Source: Luteolibacter sp.
GTDB lineage: Bacteria; Verrucomicrobiota; Verrucomicrobiia; Verrucomicrobiales; Akkermansiaceae
Reading direction: 5' to 3'
Length of the DNA: 64,000 nt
Assembly (NCBI GenBank): GCA_040399845.1
Contig: JBBARN010000007.1
Coordinates: forward strand, 8,071 to 72,070
Both the position numbers and the translations under genes were made by a program. The notes under the pieces were generated by a model. It was not told where the DNA came from and searched no databases. It worked only from the letters and a program-made list of their open reading frames with translations. Below, in pieces: positions 28,864-37,614 of the stretch. The first letter of the stretch is position 1; every line of letters begins with the position of its first letter.

Positions 28864-28937
28864 ATAGGGTAACCACCGCAGCCAGCGCCAACGATGCGTC
28901 TGGTTTCCACCACTCACCCCGAAATTGAGACCGACCG

Positions 28938-31220
28938 ATGGCCCGATACAAATCATCTACGGTTACTGCGCCGCTGCCGCAGCGCACGCTCGATTACCTG
29001 GAGCGTGGTGCGCCCGAGGGTCAGCGCAACGCCGAACTCTTTGACGCCGCTTGCCAGATGCGCGACGCCAGCCAGTCCATCAAGGAGGCCGAGTCCAACT
29101 TGGTGGCGCGCGCCGTCGCCGATGGATTGAGCGATGCCGAGGCCAAGAAGACTATTCAATCCGCTTACAACCACGCGGCCCGTGAGCCGGTGTCACTGGC
29201 TGCGGAGGGTCCTACCATCCCTCCGGAGCCGCGGTGCGTCACCAGGATGCCTGAGCCGATCAACTCTGGATTGCCAATGCTTCTAGCCACCTGCTTCCGT
29301 CCCGACGAGTTCGTCGCTATTGCTCCTATGGCCGAGGATCTTGGTGGTGAAGTCGCACCGCGTCGTGGCGTAACACTCACCGCGTCCGTGTGGGAATCCA
29401 AGATGGCCACCAAGGGCGGAATCGAAAAGGTTTTCGGCACCAAGCTCTGTCTGTTCATTCGGATCAATCCGATGATCAAGGACGGGGCTAAAAACGAAGA
29501 CGTCACCGCGTTCCGCCATGTATTGGTCGAGTTCGACTGCGACAAGGACGGCAATGTGATTCCCAAGGAAAAGCAGTATCAGGCAATTCTCGACAGCGGC
29601 ATGCCGGTCGCCGTGTTGATCGACTCAGGCAACAAGAGCCTCCACGCATGGATCCGCGTCGATGCGCCCAATGCCGATGAATACAAGCGCCGTGTGGACA
29701 TCATCTGGAAGTATTTCGAAGGCAGGAATCTCGACAGGCAGAACCGCAATCCGAGTCGCCTCTCACGCTGCCCGGACGGCTGGCGCACCGTCGATGGAGA
29801 GGTTCGCCGCCAATCGTTGCTGGCCATGAATTTCGGAGCCGCATCATGGGATACATGGGAAACTGACCACGCCAAGGTCGATCCACCGTCTGGCTCTTCG
29901 TCTTTGAGTCCCTCGCCGTCCAGAAACGAAGCCATCGAACGGTTTTATTACGATGGCAACGCCCGCTTCCACCTCGATACCGGTGACACGCTTATCCCGT
30001 TGGACCTGCGCAGCGTCGAGAACCATCTCAAATCGTGGGGCATCACCGAAGGGAAATCGATTGCTGATATGATTTGTTCGATCCAGACCGGACGTTTTGT
30101 TCGGCGGACCGAGGATATTCACCGCTCGGGAGCCACAGAACTGCTTGATCGCGCCTATGCTTTGGCATTTGACCCGCAGCAGGCTCCCCCGGAAGACGAA
30201 CTTTGTCTGTGTCTCGGCGTCTACCCGGTCTCAGCCCGCGGCAACCTGACGTGTATCCAGGGAAAATCGAAGGTCGGGAAATCCGCCGTCATCGCCGCCA
30301 TTCTGGGTGCATGCCAACGTGGGAACTACGCATGTTCGGGCGATACCCTTTGCTTCGAATGGCAGGGCAACGACAGTGGCGCGATCATTCATTTGGATAC
30401 TGAACAGAGCGGCGGCGACTGGCATGCATTGGTCCGTCGTTCGGTGAAGCGTTCCGGACTGCCGGCTGTTTCAACAAGGCTTGTTTCCCTGCCGCTGGTT
30501 CGCTTTGCCAGAAGTGAGCGTCTGGCCATTCTTGAGCTGGCACTTGAAAAGGAACTTCAGCGGCAGGGCGGCATCGACATCGTGATCATCGACGGAGTTG
30601 CCGACTTGTGTAGCTCGCCGAACGATGAGGCCGAGTCGCTTGAGCTGATTTCCAGGCTGCACGCTCTCGCCCAAGAGTATCGCGCCGCCATCATCTGCGT
30701 GCTCCATGAGAATCCATCGTCGGTCGAGGGCAAAACGCGAGGCCACCTCGGCAGCGAGCTCAATCGCAAGGCCTTCGCCAACCTGAGAATCGAGAAGGAT
30801 CCGGAAAACTCGATCTCCACCATGTGGGGCATGGACATGCGCAAGCGGGACATCCCTCGTGAGCAGGGTTTCTGTTTCGCATGGGATGAGTCCCGCAAGA
30901 TGCACACCTACTTCGGCCGCTGGCTTTCCCTCAAGATAGACGCACGCAAGCAAAAGTCGGCTGACAACGCCCGTGAGAAGTGGACCACGATCTTTGCCAA
31001 AGCGGCTGAAAGCGGGACGGATGACTCGTGTCCTGTTCTATCGGCGGAGCAAGCGCTTCTGATCATGCGGGACATCGACGGGACAGAAAACACGCCCAAG
31101 GAAGAGACGGTCAAAAAGCAGATGCAGCGTGCTGAAGTCGTTGGTGTCCTGAGAAAAACGGAGCGTGGCAAGTGGGCGCTCAATCCATCGGGACAAACGG
31201 GACAAGATCAGGACACATAG
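28938..31220 (+). CDS. Primase-helicase (PriCT-like, RepB-like primase and AAA_25-like helicase domains)
   Basis: GQRNAELFDAACQ; RHVLVEFD, DSGNKSLHAW, NRNPSRLSRCP; GKSKVGKS Walker A, IIDGVADL Walker B, HENP. Confidence 0.8.
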   Translation: MARYKSSTVTAPLPQRTLDYLERGAPEGQRNAELFDAACQMRDASQSIKEAESNLVARAVADGLSDAEAKKTIQSAYNHAAREPVSLAAEGPTIPPEPRCVTRMPEPINSGLPMLLATCFRPDEFVAIAPMAEDLGGEVAPRRGVTLTASVWESKMATKGGIEKVFGTKLCLFIRINPMIKDGAKNEDVTAFRHVLVEFDCDKDGNVIPKEKQYQAILDSGMPVAVLIDSGNKSLHAWIRVDAPNADEYKRRVDIIWKYFEGRNLDRQNRNPSRLSRCPDGWRTVDGEVRRQSLLAMNFGAASWDTWETDHAKVDPPSGSSSLSPSPSRNEAIERFYYDGNARFHLDTGDTLIPLDLRSVENHLKSWGITEGKSIADMICSIQTGRFVRRTEDIHRSGATELLDRAYALAFDPQQAPPEDELCLCLGVYPVSARGNLTCIQGKSKVGKSAVIAAILGACQRGNYACSGDTLCFEWQGNDSGAIIHLDTEQSGGDWHALVRRSVKRSGLPAVSTRLVSLPLVRFARSERLAILELALEKELQRQGGIDIVIIDGVADLCSSPNDEAESLELISRLHALAQEYRAAIICVLHENPSSVEGKTRGHLGSELNRKAFANLRIEKDPENSISTMWGMDMRKRDIPREQGFCFAWDESRKMHTYFGRWLSLKIDARKQKSADNAREKWTTIFAKAAESGTDDSCPVLSAEQALLIMRDIDGTENTPKEETVKKQMQRAEVVGVLRKTERGKWALNPSGQTGQDQDT

Positions 31221-31285
31221 CATTTGTCCCGCCGCGAAAACGGGACAGGGACACGGCCCCCCTTCTATAAGGGGCCAAGTGTCCC
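31069..31285. repeat. Cluster of GGGACA/TGTCCC hexamers with a central hairpin (putative replication origin)
   Basis: GGGACA at 31069, 31080, 31190, 31199, 31242, 31248; TGTCCC at 31225, 31280; GGCCCC-N10-GGGGCC at 31255-31276. Confidence 0.6.
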
Positions 31286-31925
31286 GCTTCGTTATTCGTC
31301 AGGGAATCAGCAGATCTACCCCCCGAAACTCATACGTCACCAGTACCGACATCAGCGCCATCATCCATCGAACCTCTGGACAACTCCCGAGAAAGAACGA
31401 AACAGCCAAAGGCTGTAACCCATGCGGATCTCGTCAAGGAATTGGCTCAACCGCGTAGAATCAAGGCACCGATGCGGAAGCCGGATGCCTGACCATCAAA
31501 GGAGCGATCTGCCGTCGATCTGACGCGCGGGAGACGATAGGAAGTCTTCTTACCCTCCCACTGCTTTCGGGGATGTTCCGACCCTCGTCCAATTCCCGTG
31601 CAATATTATTTTTTCATTTCCCACATAACGGAGGGTCGAACGGCATCGCCAGGCACTCATTAAACATTGTGAAATCAATGGCTTCCGCTGATTTCGGTTC
31701 TGGGGAAAACGCCCGAAAATGTGGGAAGTTGGGGTTTCTGCTTCCCATTGCTGCGCGCCCATTTGCAAGCGACTGGTTCCAGGGATTTTACTCGAAACAG
31801 GAATTCTCACTGGTCAGTAAAAAATGCATTTCCCATTGAGAACGCAGGATCTCAGTGCCCCTGACTCAGTGTGGGTGAACCGGAATGCTCGGCGACCAGC
31901 GGTTTGCATGGGACCTTGAAGCCGC

Positions 31926-31953
31926 CGCCCAGACCTCGATTTCACCGGCTCAT
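31926..31953 (-). pseudogene. Possible relic of a HipA-family toxin N-terminus
   Basis: ATG overlaps the stop of the upstream XRE gene; removing one base gives MSREIEVWA, then similarity is lost. Confidence 0.3.
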
Positions 31954-32276
31954 GGCTGGGACTTACGTTTCGGCGCGCGCCGCCGTGTTTGACTCAGTCG
32001 GGCATCCTCCAGCTTGCGCCCCAGCACGTCGTCAGTGGCAACCTGAGAGAGGTCGGATTCGAGGCCCAATACCACGAGCACTTGCAGGAGCTTCCCAAGT
32101 GAAGTGCCCGACGATCCTTTCTCCATGAGGTGTAGCGTTGAGCGGCTGATACCAGCCCGCTCCGAGACCAAATCGGCGCTCAGCTGTCGCCGCAGCCGCG
32201 CCAACCGTAAGTTTTCTCCTATCTCGGCCAGCAGACGCCTGTGCTTGGGCAATAAGGTGGTGGTTTCTCTCCCCAT
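31950..32276 (-). CDS. XRE-family HTH protein (HipB-like antitoxin type)
   Basis: GENLRLARLRRQLSADLVSERAGISRSTL..MEKG HTH_3 pattern. Confidence 0.85.
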   Translation of the reverse strand: MGRETTTLLPKHRRLLAEIGENLRLARLRRQLSADLVSERAGISRSTLHLMEKGSSGTSLGKLLQVLVVLGLESDLSQVATDDVLGRKLEDARLSQTRRRAPKRKSQP

Positions 32277-32398
32277 AATGTTTGATACTCTGGACGAAAA
32301 ACTTACTTAATGTCTGAAATGTCAAACATTTTTGATCCGACATTTATTTAAGCTTCGATTGACCATCTGAAAATGACGATGCCAGATAGCGCCTTGAA

Positions 32399-32491
32399 CG
32401 CTTGAAATATCAGGCAATAGTTGGCTGAATGCATTGGTCGTGGCCAATTTTTGGATTATAAGGCCATTTACGCTTGAATTATCGAGCAATA
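32399..32491. promoter_or_regulatory. Two imperfect 21-bp direct repeats (putative operators)
   Basis: CGCTTGAAATATCAGGCAATA (32399-32419) and CGCTTGAATTATCGAGCAATA (32471-32491), 18/21 identical, each with a TTG-N10-CAA dyad. Confidence 0.5.
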
Positions 32492-32556
32492 TGACGATGA
32501 TTTAGCCACTCTTTCCCAAAGGATTCAGATTCTATCCCTTTTTCGCCTGAAAAATC

Positions 32557-32799
32557 ATGCAAACCGAGCAATTGGCTTCCTTAATCAGCTGGCATCGCCG
32601 TCGGGCGGGGCTGAGTCAGGTTGAGCTTGCCCGCCATGCCGGAGTGAGCCGATACGTGGTGCAGGATCTGGAGGCTGGGGCAGGTCGGACCACTTGGGCA
32701 CGGATGCTGCCGGTCCTTCACGCCTTGAATATCCAACTCGTGCCGCAGGGACCGCTAGTGGATGAATGGCTTTCGGAGACGAAGGAGGCTGGATCATGA
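32557..32799 (+). CDS. HipB-like HTH regulator
   Basis: RRRAGLSQVELARHAGVSR...LEAG; first gene of a three-gene coupled operon. Confidence 0.82.
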   Translation: MQTEQLASLISWHRRRAGLSQVELARHAGVSRYVVQDLEAGAGRTTWARMLPVLHALNIQLVPQGPLVDEWLSETKEAGS

Positions 32800-33134
32800 A
32801 CCCGCAACGCAGGGCCATCATTCGCCAGCACAACATCCCGGCCGGTCATCTGGCCGAGTTGGCCACCGGTGGTTGGGGCTTCACTTACATGCCGGGCTAC
32901 GATGGCCCACCGGTGTCGCTGGCGCTGCCGGTGCGGGATGAGCCTTGGATTTTTGCGGATTTTCCGCCGTTTCTGGAAGGCTTGCTACCGGAGGGGCCGC
33001 AGTTGGAAGCCATCCTGCGCAAGCACAAGATCGACCGCGGCGATTGCTTTCGTCAGTTGATGGTTGTGGGGCAGGACGTCGTGGGATCACTCACGGTAGA
33101 GGAATGGTCGGCGGAGGAAGGAGGCGCGGAATGA
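32796..33134 (+). CDS. HipA N-terminal-like protein (HipS-like antitoxin)
   Basis: AG.L....G..FTY...Y.GPPVSLALP...FPPFLEGLLPEG...D.VG motif; ATGA overlap with upstream gene. Confidence 0.8.
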   Translation: MNPQRRAIIRQHNIPAGHLAELATGGWGFTYMPGYDGPPVSLALPVRDEPWIFADFPPFLEGLLPEGPQLEAILRKHKIDRGDCFRQLMVVGQDVVGSLTVEEWSAEEGGAE

Positions 33135-34063
33135 ATATCTGCCCGATCACACTGGAACCAGCGGAAGGTGGCGGGCTTTATTCCCGAGCGGGCTTGCGAT
33201 CTGTGCATCCCCGTTTGGAAAATCTGCTGCCGTTGTATCTGACCCAGGAAGAACAACTCCGAGAAGCGCGGTTGCGTGCGGACAAGATGTCGATCCAAGG
33301 TGTGCAGCCCAAGCTTTCCGCTGTGCTCAAACCGAAGGAAGGCCGCTTCGAGATCGTGGATCGCGGTGGACAATTCATTCTCAAGCCCAACCCACCACCC
33401 TTCGAGGAAGTGCCAGCCAGCGAGGCCTTGACCATGACACTGGCGGAGATCGCCGGGCTCGAAGTGCCGCCTCATGGTCTGGTGCCTGCCAGCGACGGAT
33501 CATGGGTGTATTTCGTCCGGCGCTTCGATAGGGCTGATAGAAACCAACGGCTGCACCAGGAGGACTTCGCGCAGCTCACCGGAGCCGTGCGAGATACCAA
33601 ATACAACAGCTCGCTGGAGCAGATCGCCAAAGTGGTGGAAACTCACTGCACCTTTCCGGCCATCGAGAAAGCCAAGCTCGCGCGCCTGCTGCTGTTCTGT
33701 TTTTTAACCGGAAACGAGGACATGCACCTGAAGAATTTCTCGCTGGTGGTCCGGAAGGGCGTCGTTTGCCTGTCGCCCGCCTACGATCTGCTCAACACCA
33801 CGCTGGTCCTGGGCAATGCATCCGAGGAAAGCGCACTGCCACTGCGGGGCAAAAAGCGCAAACTCACCCGAAGCGACTGGGTGGATTACCTCTGCCGCGA
33901 GCGGCTGGGGCTGCCCACCGCGATCCTCGATCCCATCCTTCACACTCTGGATGCCTCCCGGGATGCGTGGGTTCAGAAAATCGAAAACTCCTATCTCTCC
34001 GCTCCTGCCAAGGCCGGCTACTTGGAAATACTGAACGACCGCCGCTCGCGGTTGTTCGGTTGA
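33131..34063 (+). CDS. HipA-family kinase toxin (HipT-like)
   Basis: MSIQGVQPKLS, FILKP, RRFDR, GNEDMHLKNFSL and LSPAYDLL motifs; ATGA overlap. Confidence 0.88.
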   Translation: MNICPITLEPAEGGGLYSRAGLRSVHPRLENLLPLYLTQEEQLREARLRADKMSIQGVQPKLSAVLKPKEGRFEIVDRGGQFILKPNPPPFEEVPASEALTMTLAEIAGLEVPPHGLVPASDGSWVYFVRRFDRADRNQRLHQEDFAQLTGAVRDTKYNSSLEQIAKVVETHCTFPAIEKAKLARLLLFCFLTGNEDMHLKNFSLVVRKGVVCLSPAYDLLNTTLVLGNASEESALPLRGKKRKLTRSDWVDYLCRERLGLPTAILDPILHTLDASRDAWVQKIENSYLSAPAKAGYLEILNDRRSRLFG

Positions 34064-34081
34064 TGTGAAATAGACAGGAAT

Positions 34082-34360
34082 TCAATACTCCTCGGGGAGC
34101 ATGACACAGGTCGAGGCCCGGTCCCATTCGGTGATGATGTAGATGCGCCGGCCTCCGCCGAGCTTGTAGTAGCTGAGGATGCGGTCGCCGTGGATCAGGG
34201 CATCCTCGTTCGCCTGCTTGTCGCATTCGTCGAGATCACCCCAATCGCCGCAGTGGTGGCGGTGCATGTAGGATGCCAAGTCGATTCCGAGTGCCATCGC
34301 TCCGGGTGTAGCCACGGTTTTCCCGAGCGGGAAACGCGGTTCCATGATTCGGTATGCCAT
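34082..34360 (-). CDS. Conserved mobile-element hypothetical protein
   Basis: FPLG.TVATPGA...RH..GDWGDL...D...NE.AL..G.RILS.Y...IYIITE.DR..T...LPEEY pattern typical of plasmid/ICE small proteins. Confidence 0.75.
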   Translation of the reverse strand: MAYRIMEPRFPLGKTVATPGAMALGIDLASYMHRHHCGDWGDLDECDKQANEDALIHGDRILSYYKLGGGRRIYIITEWDRASTCVMLPEEY

Positions 34361-34366
34361 GGCCGT

Positions 34367-34645
34367 TCAGTCGTTGGTGGTCCCCCATTCCGGATGGCGC
34401 TTGCCGGTGGCGATCAGGCCAGAGGCGAGCATGTCTTCGACCAGTGCCTTCGGCGGCCACTGGCGATGCGGTTTTCCGGTCTGCATCTTGGACGCTCGTG
34501 CTGTGGCCCGACAGTAGGATGGCAGGTCGGCTTCCGGGTTGAAACTGTCGGCCCGCAGTTGGGTCATCAGGTCGGTGGCATCGGTGGCGGAGAATGTCGC
34601 GCCGTCGATGGTGTGGTATTCGGTGTTCATGGTGGTCATTGTCAT
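34367..34645 (-). CDS. Hypothetical protein
   Basis: Tightly spaced in an operon downstream of the amidoligase. Confidence 0.6.
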   Translation of the reverse strand: MTMTTMNTEYHTIDGATFSATDATDLMTQLRADSFNPEADLPSYCRATARASKMQTGKPHRQWPPKALVEDMLASGLIATGKRHPEWGTTND

Positions 34646-34654
34646 TGGTGGAAA

Positions 34655-35461
34655 TCAGGCGGCCAGTTTTTTGGCGCGGGCGGTATAGAATTTGGTGAGC
34701 CCCCTGGCGTCGATGGATTGGAAGAACCACTTCATGCGGTTCATCCCGAGGCCGGTGTCCACCGGGCGGTTGCGGACAGTGGCGGCGGCTTCGGCGGCAT
34801 CGAACATGCGGGCCATCAGACGCACCCAGTTGGTGATCTTAGAGGGATCAGTGGTTCCCGAGTGATGGCGGACCTCCAGCGTTTGGTGGCGGAAGTAGGA
34901 TTGGATGTTCAGCTTTCGATAGCGGCAGGGGTAGAGCTGCTTCATCTGATCCATGTTCCGGCAGGCGTCGATCTTCTGAAAGACCCGGTAGCATTGGCCT
35001 CTGTGATCCTCGCTATCAGAAACGCCGCCCTCAAGGTTCGTGCGGCAGTAGGTGTTGTTGTTGCCCCGGCGTGACTGCGGCTGGAACGTGTCCAGAACAT
35101 CCTCGAATTTGAGCCAGAGCTTGAAGAGATTCTTCACCGCTTTGAGATTCATCGAGCGGGCGTCGAAATGGACGTGAAGTCCGCAGCGCTTGTCCACTTG
35201 GGCACCAGCGGCTTCGAGTGCGGCGGCGGCGATTCTGACTTCCTCGATACCGGCCTCACCTTCGAGAACCGGTGAAACGAGTTCCAAACCGCAGGAGCCG
35301 TCGGTTACGATCTTCCAATACGGAGTGGTGTCGTGGGTGTAGTAGGAGGATTCGACCCGGATGCCTGCGGCTCTCAGGCCCATGACGGCCTGCTCTTTGG
35401 TGATGGTGGAGAGGAATTCAATCTCGACTCCGAAGCGGCGGGACATCAATGGCGTTGTCAT
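34655..35461 (-). CDS. Putative amidoligase (Amidoligase_2 / COOH-NH2 ligase family)
   Basis: RFGVEIEF, WKIVTDGSCGLELVSPVL, CGLHVHF, RYRKLN and EVRHHSGT motifs; ATG 35461 follows the repeated motif. Confidence 0.85.
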   Translation of the reverse strand: MTTPLMSRRFGVEIEFLSTITKEQAVMGLRAAGIRVESSYYTHDTTPYWKIVTDGSCGLELVSPVLEGEAGIEEVRIAAAALEAAGAQVDKRCGLHVHFDARSMNLKAVKNLFKLWLKFEDVLDTFQPQSRRGNNNTYCRTNLEGGVSDSEDHRGQCYRVFQKIDACRNMDQMKQLYPCRYRKLNIQSYFRHQTLEVRHHSGTTDPSKITNWVRLMARMFDAAEAAATVRNRPVDTGLGMNRMKWFFQSIDARGLTKFYTARAKKLAA

Positions 35462-35466
35462 GTCTA

Positions 35467-35497
35467 TCATCTGCCAGATCGATACCAACTGTCCATG
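35467..35497 (-). promoter_or_regulatory. Repeated promoter-like motif, copy 1
   Basis: CATGGAC-N15-GGCAGATGA, 5 nt before the amidoligase ATG. Confidence 0.65.
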
Positions 35498-35621
35498 GCT
35501 TTCTATCCTTACTAACAAAAAGACGAAAGCCGCTTGATTGGCATTGATCGTGACGCTTAAGCACCGTGCCAATGTGGCATCTTTCGGAGATTCGATAACT
35601 CCGACAGAAAGACAAAAAAGA

Positions 35622-35652
35622 CATGGACAGTGGTGATGGGACTGGCAGATGA
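35622..35652 (+). promoter_or_regulatory. Repeated promoter-like motif, copy 2
   Basis: CATGGAC-N15-GGCAGATGA, 6 nt before ATG 35659. Confidence 0.65.
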
Positions 35653-35658
35653 GGGACG

Positions 35659-35877
35659 ATGAAAGGGACTGCCCACACTGGAAATGACACCACCTACGTC
35701 ACCGGAATGTTGGTCCTGATCCGCCCCGAGTGGGATGGAGACGAAACGCTTCATGTGATTGCCGAATGGAACGGCGACCGCGGATTCATCCGGCCTGTCG
35801 AATGGCCGCACGGCGGGATCATCCCGACCGAACTCGTCACCGCTGAGATGATCCAATCCGCAACCATAAACCCCTGA
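35659..35877 (+). CDS. Small hypothetical protein
   Basis: Directly follows motif copy 2. Confidence 0.6.
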   Translation: MKGTAHTGNDTTYVTGMLVLIRPEWDGDETLHVIAEWNGDRGFIRPVEWPHGGIIPTELVTAEMIQSATINP

Positions 35878-35884
35878 AAACACC

Positions 35885-36076
35885 ATGTACACCGCCAGTG
35901 AAATAGACGCCATGACCATCGAGGAAATCGAACAAGTCGCCGAACTGCTCACCGATGAAGCCCGCGAGGAATGGGCTGCCGCCGGATATTCCGGCGAGTC
36001 CTACTGCAATCTCGGAATGAACGACGCCGAGAAATCCATCAACTCCCCGACGAAGACATCTAACTCCAACCCCTGA
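35885..36076 (+). CDS. Small acidic hypothetical protein
   Basis: 7-bp gaps to both neighbours; strongly acidic. Confidence 0.55.
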   Translation: MYTASEIDAMTIEEIEQVAELLTDEAREEWAAAGYSGESYCNLGMNDAEKSINSPTKTSNSNP

Positions 36077-36082
36077 GATCCC

Positions 36083-36784
36083 ATGAAATCTGAATCAGAC
36101 ATCCTCGATAAAATCCGCAAACTCCTGCGACTGGCCGACCGCTCCCGCGGGTCCACCGAGAACGAAGCGAAAGTGGCGCTGGCCAAGGCGCAGGAATTGA
36201 TGACCCGCCACAACATCGACTCGGCGCTGCTCCGCATGGAACGTGGCGAATCGGGCGGCGCGGGTTTCACCGTCAACAAGGGCAAGGTCGATCTGCCGAA
36301 GACCCTCAACCCTGCCGACCTGATGATCCTCTCGATCCTGCAGGCGCACTTCAACGTGAAGACAATCCTGATGCCCAATGGTAGGGGAACTCCGGTGGAC
36401 ATCATCGGTGCCGCCGCCGACATCGACTTCGCAATCTACGCTTTCAACTACTTGCGGCAGACATTCTTCCGCTGTTGGAACGAGTTCAAACGGACCCACG
36501 CCAACCCGGACAAGGCATCTTACTACCGGGGCCTGCGCGACGGACTGAACTCCGAACTCAAGGCGGCGAAACAACGCGCCGAGCAATCCTACGCCGCCGA
36601 CCAGCGCCAGGCATACGGACTGGTCGTCGTGGATCAGGAAGCGGCGATCACCCGCTATGTCGAAGATGCATACGGCAAGCTCCGCACCCTTTCGCAACGC
36701 CGCCGCCACCTCCATTCCGGCAGCTACGTCGCCGGAGAAACCAAGGGTCGCACCATCCAAATCAACCGCCCACTACCATCATGA
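36083..36784 (+). CDS. DUF2786-like domain protein
   Basis: ILDKIRKLLRLA...ENEAKVALAKAQELMTRHNI N-terminal motif. Confidence 0.78.
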   Translation: MKSESDILDKIRKLLRLADRSRGSTENEAKVALAKAQELMTRHNIDSALLRMERGESGGAGFTVNKGKVDLPKTLNPADLMILSILQAHFNVKTILMPNGRGTPVDIIGAAADIDFAIYAFNYLRQTFFRCWNEFKRTHANPDKASYYRGLRDGLNSELKAAKQRAEQSYAADQRQAYGLVVVDQEAAITRYVEDAYGKLRTLSQRRRHLHSGSYVAGETKGRTIQINRPLPS

Positions 36785-36813
36785 AAATCATCCAACAGAA
36801 AGACGAAAAAAGA

Positions 36814-36844
36814 CATGGACGTGCCCGATCAGACGGGCAGATGA
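36814..36844 (+). promoter_or_regulatory. Repeated promoter-like motif, copy 3
   Basis: CATGGAC-N15-GGCAGATGA, 8 nt before ATG 36853; upstream ACAGAAAGAC(G)AAAAAAGA shared with copy 2. Confidence 0.65.
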
Positions 36845-36852
36845 GGGATGCT

Positions 36853-37083
36853 ATGACAACAATATTCATTTCTAACACCTATTTGAACAAGGCGATGCAG
36901 CGAAGTATTCGCGGTCTTGAGAGGAACGGCTTCACCGCCCGGCGCATCATGCCGGTCGATCCGATGGCCGGCATTCATGCCCGCGAGTTCCACGCCAACT
37001 TCGCCAAGCAAACTCCCACTGGACTGCTGGTGTTCAGCGTCCGGATCGACACCGACGGCAACGTCACCAACCCCAAACCATAA
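36853..37083 (+). CDS. Small hypothetical protein
   Basis: Follows motif copy 3; in frame with track ORF 36475..37083. Confidence 0.6.
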   Translation: MTTIFISNTYLNKAMQRSIRGLERNGFTARRIMPVDPMAGIHAREFHANFAKQTPTGLLVFSVRIDTDGNVTNPKP

Positions 37084-37089
37084 CCAACC

Positions 37090-37614
37090 ATGAAAAAACT
37101 GTATTGGATCGTCTGCGACGACAAGGATCATACCCTATTCGAAGGCCGCTATCAGGGTCGCACCCGCGGTGAGGCGCTGAAGTTCCTCAAACTAACCATC
37201 GGGCGAAAGAACCTCAATGGATTGGTCTTCACCATCACCGAAATCCCGGTGCCGCTGATCCGCGAAATCGTCGCGGAAATCCTCGCCGGTGGAGACGGGA
37301 ATAATGCCGCGCAAACCTCGAAGGTCGCGCCCATCACCGGGCCTGCGAAGGAGCCGCGATCTGAACGCTTCGATGCATTCGCCGACACTACAAGACCGCA
37401 GCCTGCGACCGCAAAGGCCAGAGCCCCTAAAGCCAAGGTGAAGTCGCCTAAACCCAGCATGAAGTCCTGCAACCCCGGCTATGGAGACGAGTTCTGGGCA
37501 CAGGTCCGCGCCTATTGGCGGGAATGCCGCAGCCTGATGAAAACAGCCAGGCAATTCAAACTTTCACCCAACACGCTGAAAACCCGCATCCGCAGGGAGG
37601 GCTGGAAACAATGA
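37090..37614 (+). CDS. Hypothetical protein with C-terminal HTH-like segment
   Basis: SLMKTARQFKLSPNTLKTRIRREGW resembles an HTH. Confidence 0.6.
   Translation: MKKLYWIVCDDKDHTLFEGRYQGRTRGEALKFLKLTIGRKNLNGLVFTITEIPVPLIREIVAEILAGGDGNNAAQTSKVAPITGPAKEPRSERFDAFADTTRPQPATAKARAPKAKVKSPKPSMKSCNPGYGDEFWAQVRAYWRECRSLMKTARQFKLSPNTLKTRIRREGWKQ

Noticed and set aside
28860-28928. 22-aa ORF coupled to xis
   Set aside because: Too short and featureless to call without conservation data
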